Shown piece after piece: positions 53,804 to 62,545 of a stretch of 64,000 nucleotides of DNA. The stretch is from a virus: IMG/VR virus record IMGVR_UViG_3300044611_002115, positions 13,540-77,539 of that record, one strand, 5' to 3'. Positions within the stretch are counted from its first letter, which is position 1. Each line of letters begins with the position of its first letter. The notes under the pieces were generated by a model. That model ran no database searches and had not been told where the DNA came from. It saw nothing but the letters and a program-made list of their open reading frames with translations. The position numbers and the translations under genes were made by a program.

Positions 53804-54491
53804 TTTCAAGGCGGCGGAGGAGTTCGCCGCGTGGTTCACGCCGGAGGCGCTGCACCCCGACCTTGAGAAGCACGTGAGGAGGGACAACGCGCTGGGAAGC
53901 TGCATCCACCACCCGCTCGTCATTCAAGTGTTCCACGTGCCGCAGATGAACAAGATGGTGAATGCGCAATACGCAAACAAGCTGCGGGCGGTGGCGGAGG
54001 CGAGGGCGGCGCGAGAGTGGGACAGGTTTGTGTTCCTGCACGAGCGCCCCTACCGCCTCGACGCGCTGCTGCAAGTGCTGCCAAAACTCACGGGCACGCG
54101 CAAGGGCTGGAAGCTCATCGAGGAGGTGTGGACGGACGCGGAGGGAGTGGGCATAAACTTCGACGCGTGGGAAACTATTTTCAGCAGCGGCGGCGCGCGG
54201 CTGATGATGAACACGAAGGAGCGGCGCGCGTTCGACGTGCTGCCGGAGAGCGTGGAAGTTTACAGGGGGGCGAAGCACAAGCACCGCAGGGGATTTTCTT
54301 GGACGCTCTCGCGGGAGAAGGCGGAGTGGTTCGCGCAGCGCTTTGACATGCGCGGCGCAGTGCTGCTCTCCCGCACAATCGCCCCCGCGCGGGACGCGCT
54401 TGCGCTGCTGCTGGGGAGGGGGGAGGACGAGCTGCTGCTGCGCCCGCACGTAGCGCGCTCCCTGCGTGGGGTGCGCGTTGACCCTCTGTAA
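53778..54491 (+). CDS. Putative ADP-ribosyltransferase-fold protein
   Basis: VYRG ... FSWTL ... A.WFA.R ... GEDELL, matching the R-S-E pattern. Confidence 0.55.
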   Translation: MTSKPPQSSFKAAEEFAAWFTPEALHPDLEKHVRRDNALGSCIHHPLVIQVFHVPQMNKMVNAQYANKLRAVAEARAAREWDRFVFLHERPYRLDALLQVLPKLTGTRKGWKLIEEVWTDAEGVGINFDAWETIFSSGGARLMMNTKERRAFDVLPESVEVYRGAKHKHRRGFSWTLSREKAEWFAQRFDMRGAVLLSRTIAPARDALALLLGRGEDELLLRPHVARSLRGVRVDPL

Positions 54492-54531
54492 ATGCTTCGC
54501 GCACAGGGCAAAATGCCGAGCTGATATTTTG

Positions 54532-54560
54532 TTGACAATGAATCTGCAACGCAGCATATT
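54532..54560 (+). promoter_or_regulatory. Phage promoter
   Basis: TTGACAATGAATCTGCAACGCAG-CATATT. Confidence 0.8.
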
Positions 54561-54569
54561 GGTGGGGCC

Positions 54570-54836
54570 ATGAATACACCACACACCAGCAGCACGCAGC
54601 ACGCAGTCAACAGCAGCCTTTGGACATTCTCTCAGGCGTTCAACGTCGTGAGTCAACTGTTCAAACTCGACCAAATGACGGGGCGCAGCGAACTCCGCAG
54701 CGGGCACGTCTCCCGCACCAGTGGGGCATACACGTTCACCGCATGTCGCAACGTGTGGGAGCTGCGCCGCAACGACGTTCGCCTGTTCTGCGGCCCCTGC
54801 CGCATCACCGCACGCGGCGTCTCCCTTGGCCGCTGA
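54570..54836 (+). CDS. Hypothetical protein
   Basis: 88 aa after promoter. Confidence 0.55.
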   Translation: MNTPHTSSTQHAVNSSLWTFSQAFNVVSQLFKLDQMTGRSELRSGHVSRTSGAYTFTACRNVWELRRNDVRLFCGPCRITARGVSLGR

Positions 54837-54876
54837 AACACTGCAACAGTTGCAACACTCAACACCACAACACACC

Positions 54877-55089
54877 ATGATCGACTTCACCAAATGGACG
54901 GACGCACAGCTCGCAAGCAGCGAGCGCTTCGCACGCAGCGGGGACGCGGAGAGCGAGGCAATGCTCGCGGAGCTGCGCAAGCGCCGCGCGAGCGGCAGCA
55001 ACGACGGCAGCGAGCAGCGTGTCGCCACACTCATCAGCAACAACCGCCGCAGCAGCAAGCGCCGCACAAGCGCAGCACGCCGCCGCTAA
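54877..55089 (+). CDS. Hypothetical protein
   Basis: ACACCATG start context. Confidence 0.55.
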   Translation: MIDFTKWTDAQLASSERFARSGDAESEAMLAELRKRRASGSNDGSEQRVATLISNNRRSSKRRTSAARRR

Positions 55090-55107
55090 CCACAAGGACA
55101 CACCACC

Positions 55108-55605
55108 ATGATTACCTACAAGGACGGACGGACACTGCACGCGGGGCGCGTGCTGGAAGTATGGCGCGAGGACTACCGCGCCATGAGCGATGTTTACACC
55201 TACGCGACATTCGCGCTGCTGTGGACGCAGGAGGGGGAGCGCCTCAAGTTCCTCGTCAATGCCAACTTTGAGTGCGACACCAACGGGGGCCGCGCCACCG
55301 TGGACGCCACCCCCGACGTGCTGCTGCTGGAGGAGAGCTACCAGCACCGCATCGCAGCGGAGCGGGCGCAGCGCGAGGCACAGCAGCAGCGCGCCGCGCT
55401 CCTCGCCAGCGGGCGGGAGGCACGCATCGGACGCCGCATGCGCATCACGCGCGGCAAGTGCAAGGGGCAGGAGGGCACAGTGTTTTGGCTGCGCGCGGAC
55501 AGGGCGGGCGTGGACGTGACGGGGAGGAAGAACGCGCGGGGGCTTGCACTCGACCCCGTGTGGACACAGCGCGCCTATTTGGAACCCGTGGAGGACGCAC
55601 AATGA
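55108..55605 (+). CDS. Hypothetical protein with C-terminal KOW/SH3-like motif
   Basis: G.RMRITRGK.KG.EG.VFW. Confidence 0.65.
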   Translation: MITYKDGRTLHAGRVLEVWREDYRAMSDVYTYATFALLWTQEGERLKFLVNANFECDTNGGRATVDATPDVLLLEESYQHRIAAERAQREAQQQRAALLASGREARIGRRMRITRGKCKGQEGTVFWLRADRAGVDVTGRKNARGLALDPVWTQRAYLEPVEDAQ

Positions 55606-56141
55606 ACCCCCACCATCCCGACTGCGTGCCAACGATGGTTGGTGTGGCGTGCCCCCCGTGCCCAAAGTGCGGCGGGGCTTTCCCCGTGGACGCCGGAGCC
55701 GATGTGGGCGTGCTGCACGTGCTGTGCTGCACTGCTTGCGGGTTTGAAGTGCACGCGGAGGCCAGCGTCATTCACGCGGAGGTTTTCGAGTGGACGTTTG
55801 ACGCGGGGCATCGCGTGATCTGGAACGTCTCCGCTATGCGCGACGACCTGCTGCGCTGCAACGCGCCAACCATTGTTGTGCCGCACGCAGCGTGCCGCAC
55901 GCTTATCAGCATGAACCCAACGGCGGTGGAGGACGGGCGCAAGCTCACGCGGGAGGAAGCGCTGCACACGCCCATCATCATCATTGCGCACCCCAGCGAC
56001 GCGGCGGGCGTGTTCCCGCTGCTCCCCGTGGACGGCTGGCACCGCATGCAGTGGGCGGCGGAGAACGAGCAGGACATCAGCGCGTGGTGCATAACGCGCG
56101 AGGGTGAAATGCGCTACAGGATTTCCGATGAGCAGCTCTAA
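55602..56141 (+). CDS. Zn-ribbon plus ParB/Srx-like domain protein
   Basis: CPKC...CTAC, then PIII......VDGWHRM..A. Confidence 0.6.
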   Translation: MNPHHPDCVPTMVGVACPPCPKCGGAFPVDAGADVGVLHVLCCTACGFEVHAEASVIHAEVFEWTFDAGHRVIWNVSAMRDDLLRCNAPTIVVPHAACRTLISMNPTAVEDGRKLTREEALHTPIIIIAHPSDAAGVFPLLPVDGWHRMQWAAENEQDISAWCITREGEMRYRISDEQL

Positions 56142-56455
56142 TGAACTTGGGCGACGTGATAACTGTGGACGGGGAAAGCTACCGCGTGGAAGCGACGGAG
56201 TGGACTGCCGACGAGCAGGGGCAGCGCATGTCCGTGACACTTGTGCGCTACACGGGAGTCAATCAGCTTGCGCCGGAGCTAAACCCGCCGCCCCGTGCGG
56301 GGGAGCGCGTGCCAGTGGAAAACGTGCTGGGCGACGCACTGGAGGCAGCGCTCACGCCGGAGCAGGCCGACCTGCTGCGTGCAATGCGGGAGGCGCAGCA
56401 GGGGGAAACGCCCCCAGCGCCCCAGCGCAAGCGGGGCCGGAGGTTGGAGCTGTGA
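56141..56455 (+). CDS. Hypothetical protein
   Basis: 104 aa; ends RKRGRRLEL. Confidence 0.65.
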   Translation: MNLGDVITVDGESYRVEATEWTADEQGQRMSVTLVRYTGVNQLAPELNPPPRAGERVPVENVLGDALEAALTPEQADLLRAMREAQQGETPPAPQRKRGRRLEL

Positions 56456-56931
56456 GCAAAAAGGCTCCAATTTCGCACAAAAAGGCGTCCAGCAAGCGTT
56501 TTCCCCGCGCGCGAGGGCCAGCACAGCGGGCACGCAGGGACAAACCCCTGCGGGCGTGGAGGGTGTGCAGGGGGCGCAAGTTTGAGGACGGATACTACGT
56601 GGAGTCGCTCTACCCCAGCGGGGAGCCTCCCGTGTTTGTGCGCTTGGGCCTCCTGCTGCGCAGCGGGGGAAAGGCGGGAGGGGTTTACGTGGGCACGCGG
56701 CGCAAGTTTTGCGAGCAGTATTACACGGGCATGTTCGACCCAGAGGTGGACGAGTGCGAGCTGCTGCTGCACTTGCGCGTTGACCCGCGCAAGCTCACGG
56801 AGCAGCAGCGGGACGCGTGGACGTGGAAGTGCGGGACGGAGGCGCAAGTCCGCGCCCCGCGCGTGCACGGCATCACCGTTCTGCGCAGGGGGCCGCGCGG
56901 TGGGGACGACGCGTGCGGGGAGGACGAGTGA
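56452..56931 (+). CDS. Hypothetical protein
   Basis: GTG overlaps the previous stop. Confidence 0.5.
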   Translation: MSKKAPISHKKASSKRFPRARGPAQRARRDKPLRAWRVCRGRKFEDGYYVESLYPSGEPPVFVRLGLLLRSGGKAGGVYVGTRRKFCEQYYTGMFDPEVDECELLLHLRVDPRKLTEQQRDAWTWKCGTEAQVRAPRVHGITVLRRGPRGGDDACGEDE

Positions 56932-57536
56932 TGCGCTTTGCCCCCACCATGCAGCAGCTCGTCTTTGACCGCTTTGACCTGTGCCCAGACTTTGCCATCC
57001 CGTCCTGCGCCGTGGCGCGCAATGCCTACGGGAACGCGGCGCAGGAGATAGTCTGCGCGGCGCTGGCACTCGACCCCATCCCCATCACGGGAAAGGCAGA
57101 CGTGTGCTTTGACGCGGTGGCACGCGGGATGCACTACGAAATCAAGAGCGTGCGAAAGGGGGACAAGATGGTAGTGTATGATTGGCGCTTGCGCAAGGAG
57201 CTGGGCGCGGGCGTGCCCTTGCAGTATGCCATCCTAGAGCATGGCGTGCGGGGAGCTAAGAGCAGCCACGAGATGTGGGATCAGTATTCCGACCACGTGC
57301 TGCGCTGCTACCTGCTGCCCGTGGCGCTCGTGCACGAGCACGCCAGCAAGTGCCCGCTCGTCGTGCCCCCACCCCCAAAGACGGACAAGGGCAAGCGCTT
57401 TGGCTACAATCGCGCGGGATACTGCGAGGGCTACAGGAACGTCCCCGTGCGTGCCTTTGCCCCGTTCACGCAGCCGCAGGAGTTTGTCCGCTGGCAGATG
57501 TATGGAAGGAACTTGGAGCTGGAGGTGTGGAGATGA
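56931..57536 (+). CDS. PD-(D/E)xK nuclease-like protein
   Basis: G..AQE...FDA......YEIKS. Confidence 0.55.
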   Translation: MRFAPTMQQLVFDRFDLCPDFAIPSCAVARNAYGNAAQEIVCAALALDPIPITGKADVCFDAVARGMHYEIKSVRKGDKMVVYDWRLRKELGAGVPLQYAILEHGVRGAKSSHEMWDQYSDHVLRCYLLPVALVHEHASKCPLVVPPPPKTDKGKRFGYNRAGYCEGYRNVPVRAFAPFTQPQEFVRWQMYGRNLELEVWR

Positions 57537-58129
57537 GTCCGGTTGCAGGGCTGTGGGTGCTGCTCGCTATGGTGCTCCTCGCGCTGTTCACTGGAAGGGT
57601 GCGCCTTGTGCTGTGGGGGCGCAGGCTGCTGTCCTACGCGCGCAAGCCGACAGCAAACGCGGGCACGTGGCAGGGCAGCGGGGATGCAGCGCTGGAGGAC
57701 TTGGAGATTGTGCGGCGGGTGTCCAACCTGTGCGCCCGCAGGAGGCGCGGGGAGCTTGACACAGCAGCATTCAACGCGGAGACGTTCCCGCTCATCCTTG
57801 CGCTGCGCGACGACTACATGCGCCAGCAGTGTTTGCAGCACTGCGACGCGGCGGAGAGCTTAGCAAGGACAACGGAGCTGCCCTCGATAGCTGACGGCAT
57901 AGTGCAGCCCGCACCCATGAGCACGTTCGGCTCGTCGTATGTGACCTATCACACAACCACGAGCGGGAACTGGAGTGACCAAGTTTACGGGAGCAACTTC
58001 ACGCGCCGCAGCCCCTTTCTTGACCTGCCTGATACCTTAGCAGGAGACACGCCCCAGCCAGCCAGCACGGAGCAGCCAAACGAAGCGGACGTGCCCACGG
58101 GCAAGCGCAAGCGCAAGCTGGAGTGGTGA
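57533..58129 (+). CDS. Membrane-anchored hypothetical protein
   Basis: N-terminal TM; ends KRKRKLEW. Confidence 0.6.
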   Translation: MSPVAGLWVLLAMVLLALFTGRVRLVLWGRRLLSYARKPTANAGTWQGSGDAALEDLEIVRRVSNLCARRRRGELDTAAFNAETFPLILALRDDYMRQQCLQHCDAAESLARTTELPSIADGIVQPAPMSTFGSSYVTYHTTTSGNWSDQVYGSNFTRRSPFLDLPDTLAGDTPQPASTEQPNEADVPTGKRKRKLEW

Positions 58130-58145
58130 CGCACCGTAAAAATTT

Positions 58146-58577
58146 ATGAACAAAAAGAACCGCAAGAGAATCGCCGCACAGGGCAGGCTGCTGGCCGTCG
58201 TGGGGCACCGCAACAGGGACGCCATCCTAGAGCAAACCAAGCGCATGTCGCCGCAGGAGATTGACGAGGTGCGAGTGCACTTGGAGACAGCAGGGGGCGA
58301 GGGCTTAGCCATACGCCTCGCCAAGCGCGACAAGGAGTTCCTCGTGCTCCCCGCCGACCCCGACCACAACCAGCCGCGCAGCATGAGCCTGACGAGGGAG
58401 GGCGGGCTGCGCTGGGGCAACATGCGGATCAAGGGCTGGAAATTGTGGTGCTGGGTGCGATGCACTGCACCGCTCCACCGCGTCACGTGGCACGAGTGGC
58501 AGGGCGTGCGCTTCCGCATGGGCTGGCGGGACGCGTGGGCAGCGCTGCGCGGCACGGGCTGGAGGGCGTTCCGATGA
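58146..58577 (+). CDS. Hypothetical protein
   Basis: 143 aa. Confidence 0.55.
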   Translation: MNKKNRKRIAAQGRLLAVVGHRNRDAILEQTKRMSPQEIDEVRVHLETAGGEGLAIRLAKRDKEFLVLPADPDHNQPRSMSLTREGGLRWGNMRIKGWKLWCWVRCTAPLHRVTWHEWQGVRFRMGWRDAWAALRGTGWRAFR

Positions 58578-58807
58578 GCGGAGACGTTGCCACGTGGGGC
58601 GAGGAGAAGGACGGGGAGCTGCAACTGTTGCAGTCGCCCATCATGGAGATATTCAAATGCACGTGCAGCATCGCGCGCGGGGAGGACGGCACGTGCAGCA
58701 TCAAAATCCTAACGATGGGCGGGGCCATCTTTTTCAGCCAGCCCGACATGGAGAAAGCAAAGGCGAGCGCGGAGCGGCATCTGCGCCGCATGAACTACCT
58801 CCTATGA
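58574..58807 (+). CDS. Hypothetical protein
   Basis: 77 aa, ATGA overlaps. Confidence 0.55.
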   Translation: MSGDVATWGEEKDGELQLLQSPIMEIFKCTCSIARGEDGTCSIKILTMGGAIFFSQPDMEKAKASAERHLRRMNYLL

Positions 58808-59190
58808 AGCGCGTCCTGCACTTTACCACCTCCGCGCCGCAGGAGGACGACGCCCGCCCGCGCATAGAGCCTGACTCGCTTAGCATCCCTCCGCAATCCC
58901 TGCGCCCCGTGGTGCCCGACCTGTGGGAGCGCAGGGGAAGGATCGTGGTGGCGGACGAGGTGGCGCGCGAGCACCCCGCGTGCATGCTGCTGCTCCTGTC
59001 CAAGTTCCTCGTCACGCGCTGCGAGTTCAACTACGCCATGCAGGCGTTCTGCTACGAGGGCGTCTGCGCACAGTTTGAAGTCACGCCCCCTATGGTCAAG
59101 CCACCGCTCTACACCGCGCTGTTCAACAGCACGCTGGATGATGCGGGGCGGCAGTGCTACACGCTGGAGGGCTTCAACCGAGTTTCCTAA
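58804..59190 (+). CDS. Hypothetical protein
   Basis: 128 aa. Confidence 0.6.
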   Translation: MKRVLHFTTSAPQEDDARPRIEPDSLSIPPQSLRPVVPDLWERRGRIVVADEVAREHPACMLLLLSKFLVTRCEFNYAMQAFCYEGVCAQFEVTPPMVKPPLYTALFNSTLDDAGRQCYTLEGFNRVS

Positions 59191-59229
59191 CCAACAACCA
59201 CAACCACTAAGAAAGGCACCAACAACACC

Positions 59230-59574
59230 ATGAGCAACACCACGACACGATACAAGGGATTTGAACCCGCGCGGGGAGGGCCGCTGCAAGACCACGCGTT
59301 CCTATGCGGGGACAGGCTGGACAACCCAAAGGTGGAGTCCATTATGTTTCTCATCAAGGTGCTGGACGACGGCACGCTGCTGGCAGAGACAGCGCCTAAG
59401 AGCAGGCGGGCCATGCGGGGGCTGGATGAGGGGATGTGGCTGGACGAGGCTACAGCGGCAGCGCAGAGCACGGACTACCTCTCCCAGACGGAGGACGGGG
59501 GCAGCGCCATGTTCCTGCTGGAGCGCGACCCTATGCAAGCTCCCTTCCGCGTGCGCACGAGGAGGGCACAGTGA
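59230..59574 (+). CDS. Hypothetical protein
   Basis: ACACCATG start; ends FRVRTRRAQ. Confidence 0.65.
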   Translation: MSNTTTRYKGFEPARGGPLQDHAFLCGDRLDNPKVESIMFLIKVLDDGTLLAETAPKSRRAMRGLDEGMWLDEATAAAQSTDYLSQTEDGGSAMFLLERDPMQAPFRVRTRRAQ

Positions 59575-59951
59575 GCAAGGTGTCTTTCTTCTCCTTCGCG
59601 CTGCGCTTCGGGTGCTGGATGGTGTGCGAGCACGGGCTGTTCCACTTTGCCCCCGTCAACGGGGTTTATGGCTGGCGGCGCGTAAAGGGCATGTCCCTGC
59701 ATTGGATAACTCCCGCGTGGCTGCGGCTGGGGCCATGCGACGGACGCATGTTCCTGCACCTCGGCCTAGACCTCTACCTGTTTTGGTTCAACATGGGGCT
59801 GGTGTTTGACACGGAAACTCCCCTATGGCTTGCGCTGCTGTGCGCCCTGCTCGCTTTCATCTTTGCAGGCAGTGCGCTGCACAGGCAGCAGGACGCGGCG
59901 CGGAGAATTGCAACAGTTGCAGCGAACAACAAACCAAAGGAGACACCATGA
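59571..59951 (+). CDS. Membrane protein
   Basis: Hydrophobic segments, GTG overlap. Confidence 0.5.
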   Translation: MSKVSFFSFALRFGCWMVCEHGLFHFAPVNGVYGWRRVKGMSLHWITPAWLRLGPCDGRMFLHLGLDLYLFWFNMGLVFDTETPLWLALLCALLAFIFAGSALHRQQDAARRIATVAANNKPKETP

Positions 59952-60172
59952 CAAACGACAAAGTGGAATGCCGCATTATGCGGGAGACAGACGCGGCGCT
60001 GCTGCTGCGGCAGGAGATGCCCAACAGGGAGCCAGTGGAAGCGTGGGTGCCGCGCAGCCTGTGCGCACACATCAGCAAGCGCCCAAAGGAGGGCGTGGAG
60101 GGCGTGCCCGCAACGGTCACAATGGCGCAGTGGAAGGCGGAGCAGCTTAACCTTCACGGGGTCGAGGCGTGA
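59948..60172 (+). CDS. Small SH3/OB-like phage protein
   Basis: RETDAALL.......WVPRS......V....W.A. Confidence 0.65.
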   Translation: MTNDKVECRIMRETDAALLLRQEMPNREPVEAWVPRSLCAHISKRPKEGVEGVPATVTMAQWKAEQLNLHGVEA

Positions 60173-60384
60173 TTGCACCGGAACAGTTGCAACGCATCTT
60201 TGAAACAGTGGACACGAACGCGCTGGGGAAGGTCAACGTGTCCACAACATTCGACAAGCTGCTGCTCGCCTACTGCCTCCTGTGGAGCGCGCGCACGGAA
60301 TGCAAGTCCGCGCCGGAGAGTGTGGAGATTGCGCTGGCAAGCACGCGCATCCTGATGAGCGAGGAAGCTGGGATCAAGCTATGA
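60169..60384 (+). CDS. Hypothetical protein
   Basis: 71 aa, overlapping neighbours. Confidence 0.5.
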   Translation: MIAPEQLQRIFETVDTNALGKVNVSTTFDKLLLAYCLLWSARTECKSAPESVEIALASTRILMSEEAGIKL

Positions 60385-60593
60385 GCGAGAGCTACAGGGT
60401 GCAGGGAAAAAACGGCGTGTGGTCGGGCTGGACTACCAAGAGAAAGTGCCGCTCGCTGCCCGCTGCGATACAAAAGGCACAGTCGCTCTATAAAAAGCTG
60501 CGCGGCAGGCAGGGGACGACTTGGTATAAGACGCGCGTGGTGAACGAGGCGGGCGTCCGCGTGTATCCGCCCAACGGGGAGGAGCAGGAGTAG
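60381..60593 (+). CDS. Hypothetical protein
   Basis: 70 aa, basic. Confidence 0.55.
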   Translation: MSESYRVQGKNGVWSGWTTKRKCRSLPAAIQKAQSLYKKLRGRQGTTWYKTRVVNEAGVRVYPPNGEEQE

Positions 60594-60597
60594 GCCG

Positions 60598-60801
60598 TCA
60601 GCCCTGCGCTGGGGTGCGCCTGTTGTCGCACGTCCTGCACACGTGCGCCGTCTCCTTTTTGTTCTGCGCATCGCAGCGGCACTGGCTCACTTTTCCGCAC
60701 ACGGGGCAGAAGTTTTTATAGTGCACGTGGTCGGGGTGCTCGGGCGGAAGCTCCACGTGGACGGGGCGGTTGTTGTGGACGGCTTTGAGGAATTTTGGCA
60801 T
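60598..60801 (-). CDS. Small Cys/His-rich (zinc-finger-like) protein, the only credible minus-strand gene
   Basis: CPVC..QCRC...CRTC; fills a gap free of + strand genes; GGAGGGAGG upstream on the minus strand. Confidence 0.6.
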   Translation of the reverse strand: MPKFLKAVHNNRPVHVELPPEHPDHVHYKNFCPVCGKVSQCRCDAQNKKETAHVCRTCDNRRTPAQG

Positions 60802-60977
60802 GGCGCGGGTGCTGTTGTGCGCTGGGAATCCTCCCTCCTTCACCCCCAGCAGTCAAGCGCGAACACGGGGCGCTCCCTGCGTGGGTATGTGAAAGCAAAA
60901 CCGGAATCACATACCGAGGGGCCAAAGATCACGTAGTATGTGAAATCAACTATTAAAACATACCGACGATTCTTTTG

Positions 60978-61006
60978 TTTACAATGAATCTGCAACAGCA
61001 CAACTT
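60978..61006 (+). promoter_or_regulatory. Phage promoter (TTTACA variant)
   Basis: TTTACAATGAATCTGCAACAGC. Confidence 0.72.
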
Positions 61007-61012
61007 GCACTC

Positions 61013-61531
61013 ATGAAAGCAAACAAGACCACAGCAGCAACGGCAGACAGCGCACTGTTCCTCATCGAGGGCGGACACGCTGCAAGCTACATCACAACAC
61101 GCGGGGAAGTGCTCCGCAAGTTCCCCACCTACCGCGCGGAGCTGGAGACATACAACTACGCAATCGGCCCCACGTCCAACCAGCCGGACGCGCTCCCCGT
61201 GGATCAGCTCGTGCTCATCACGATGGAGGACGGGAAGAACGTGCGTCGCACCTACAGCACGCTGGAGGGTGTGATGGCGATGGCGGAGGGCAAGCAGGTC
61301 ACAGCGTTTCGCGCCTACGTCAGCAGCGAGATGAAGGAACTCCCCGTGAGCGCAGCGCAGCCGAACGCGGCCTACTACACGGCGCGCTTCGAGGCGCTGA
61401 GCAAGAAGGCGGCGGAGCTGCAACGGCTCGCGGACGAAGCCAAGGAGGAGGCGCAGGAGGTTGGGTTCGCGGCAGACAGGGCGCTGCGCTTGGAATGGGC
61501 GGCGCAGGACGCGGCACGGGACAGCAAGTAA
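61013..61531 (+). CDS. Hypothetical protein
   Basis: 172 aa after promoter. Confidence 0.7.
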   Translation: MKANKTTAATADSALFLIEGGHAASYITTRGEVLRKFPTYRAELETYNYAIGPTSNQPDALPVDQLVLITMEDGKNVRRTYSTLEGVMAMAEGKQVTAFRAYVSSEMKELPVSAAQPNAAYYTARFEALSKKAAELQRLADEAKEEAQEVGFAADRALRLEWAAQDAARDSK

Positions 61532-61565
61532 TTTCAACATCAACACCACACACACACACGCCACA

Positions 61566-61775
61566 ATGAACATCACAACACTCAAGCAGGCACAGGAGAG
61601 GCTCGCCAAGGGGCAGGAGTTCACGCTCACACCAATCGGCTACGGAATGCACCGCCGCATCAACTGCGGGCCGCTGGAGGGCACATATCACACGGACATC
61701 ATGACGGCCACAATCGCGCGGGCGATGCGCAAGCGCGGGCACGTCGCGGTGGTGCGCAACGGCTACACCTACTGA
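61566..61775 (+). CDS. Hypothetical protein
   Basis: AC-rich leader like the one before 938. Confidence 0.6.
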   Translation: MNITTLKQAQERLAKGQEFTLTPIGYGMHRRINCGPLEGTYHTDIMTATIARAMRKRGHVAVVRNGYTY

Positions 61776-61789
61776 AAGGGCGACACGCA

Positions 61790-61987
61790 ATGAACGCACG
61801 CACAACACTCACACGCGCCACGCTGCGGGCAATGGCAGACGCGCGGGGCTACGTCTGCAAGCGCGGCGGGAAACGACCCACGCTGCGGATATGCGAGGAC
61901 GGAACAATCTACAGGGCGGACGTGGAGCTGCACCTCACCAAGCGCATGACACTGCGGCAGGCAGCGCAAGCCCTTCACATCAACTAG
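61790..61987 (+). CDS. Hypothetical protein
   Basis: 65 aa. Confidence 0.55.
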   Translation: MNARTTLTRATLRAMADARGYVCKRGGKRPTLRICEDGTIYRADVELHLTKRMTLRQAAQALHIN

Positions 61988-62005
61988 CACCACAACACCA
62001 ACACC

Positions 62006-62218
62006 ATGAAAACGTATTCGTTCAAACTGGAGGGACTGCTCCTCTACCCCCGCGCCGAGCAACTGCTGGGCCGCTACATGCAGCGCACCATCCCCTTCGC
62101 CCACTACAGCGAGCAGCACAGGCAGGTCTATCACGACAGGCGCATCAGCAAAGCGCAGCAGGCCGCATTCAACGCCTACATCGCCGCACTGCGCGACGCG
62201 GACGTGGGGGCACCGTAG
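62006..62218 (+). CDS. Hypothetical protein
   Basis: ACACCATG start. Confidence 0.55.
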   Translation: MKTYSFKLEGLLLYPRAEQLLGRYMQRTIPFAHYSEQHRQVYHDRRISKAQQAAFNAYIAALRDADVGAP

Positions 62219-62247
62219 CGCGCAAGCAGCAGGCCAAGCACAACAAC

Positions 62248-62290
62248 GGCGGGGATGCGTGTGTGTGAGAAGCGCGCTCCCCGCCTTTTT
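62248..62290 (+). terminator. Intrinsic terminator
   Basis: GGCGGGGA...TCCCCGCC followed by TTTTT. Confidence 0.7.
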
Positions 62291-62545
62291 GTTGACCCCA
62301 GCGAGTGCGGCGGGTAATCCATCCTCCCATGCCCCACGTAGAACTCGCACAAGCCCTCGTCGCCCTACTCGTGCTCCCTCCCGCACTCCTCATCTGCGCG
62401 TGCACCCTCGTCTGCCTCCTGCGCCACAAGTAGCACGCCCTGCACGCACAGCAGCAGCGGAAAATTCGGGCCACTGCACGGCGTCACAACTAATCTGCAA
62501 AAGTGACTTGACGGACGGGCACGTGGCTGGCAGGTTGGCGGCACA

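Noticed and set aside
60884-60915. CRP site (TGTGA...TCACA)
   Set aside because: Spacer is 14 bp, not 6.
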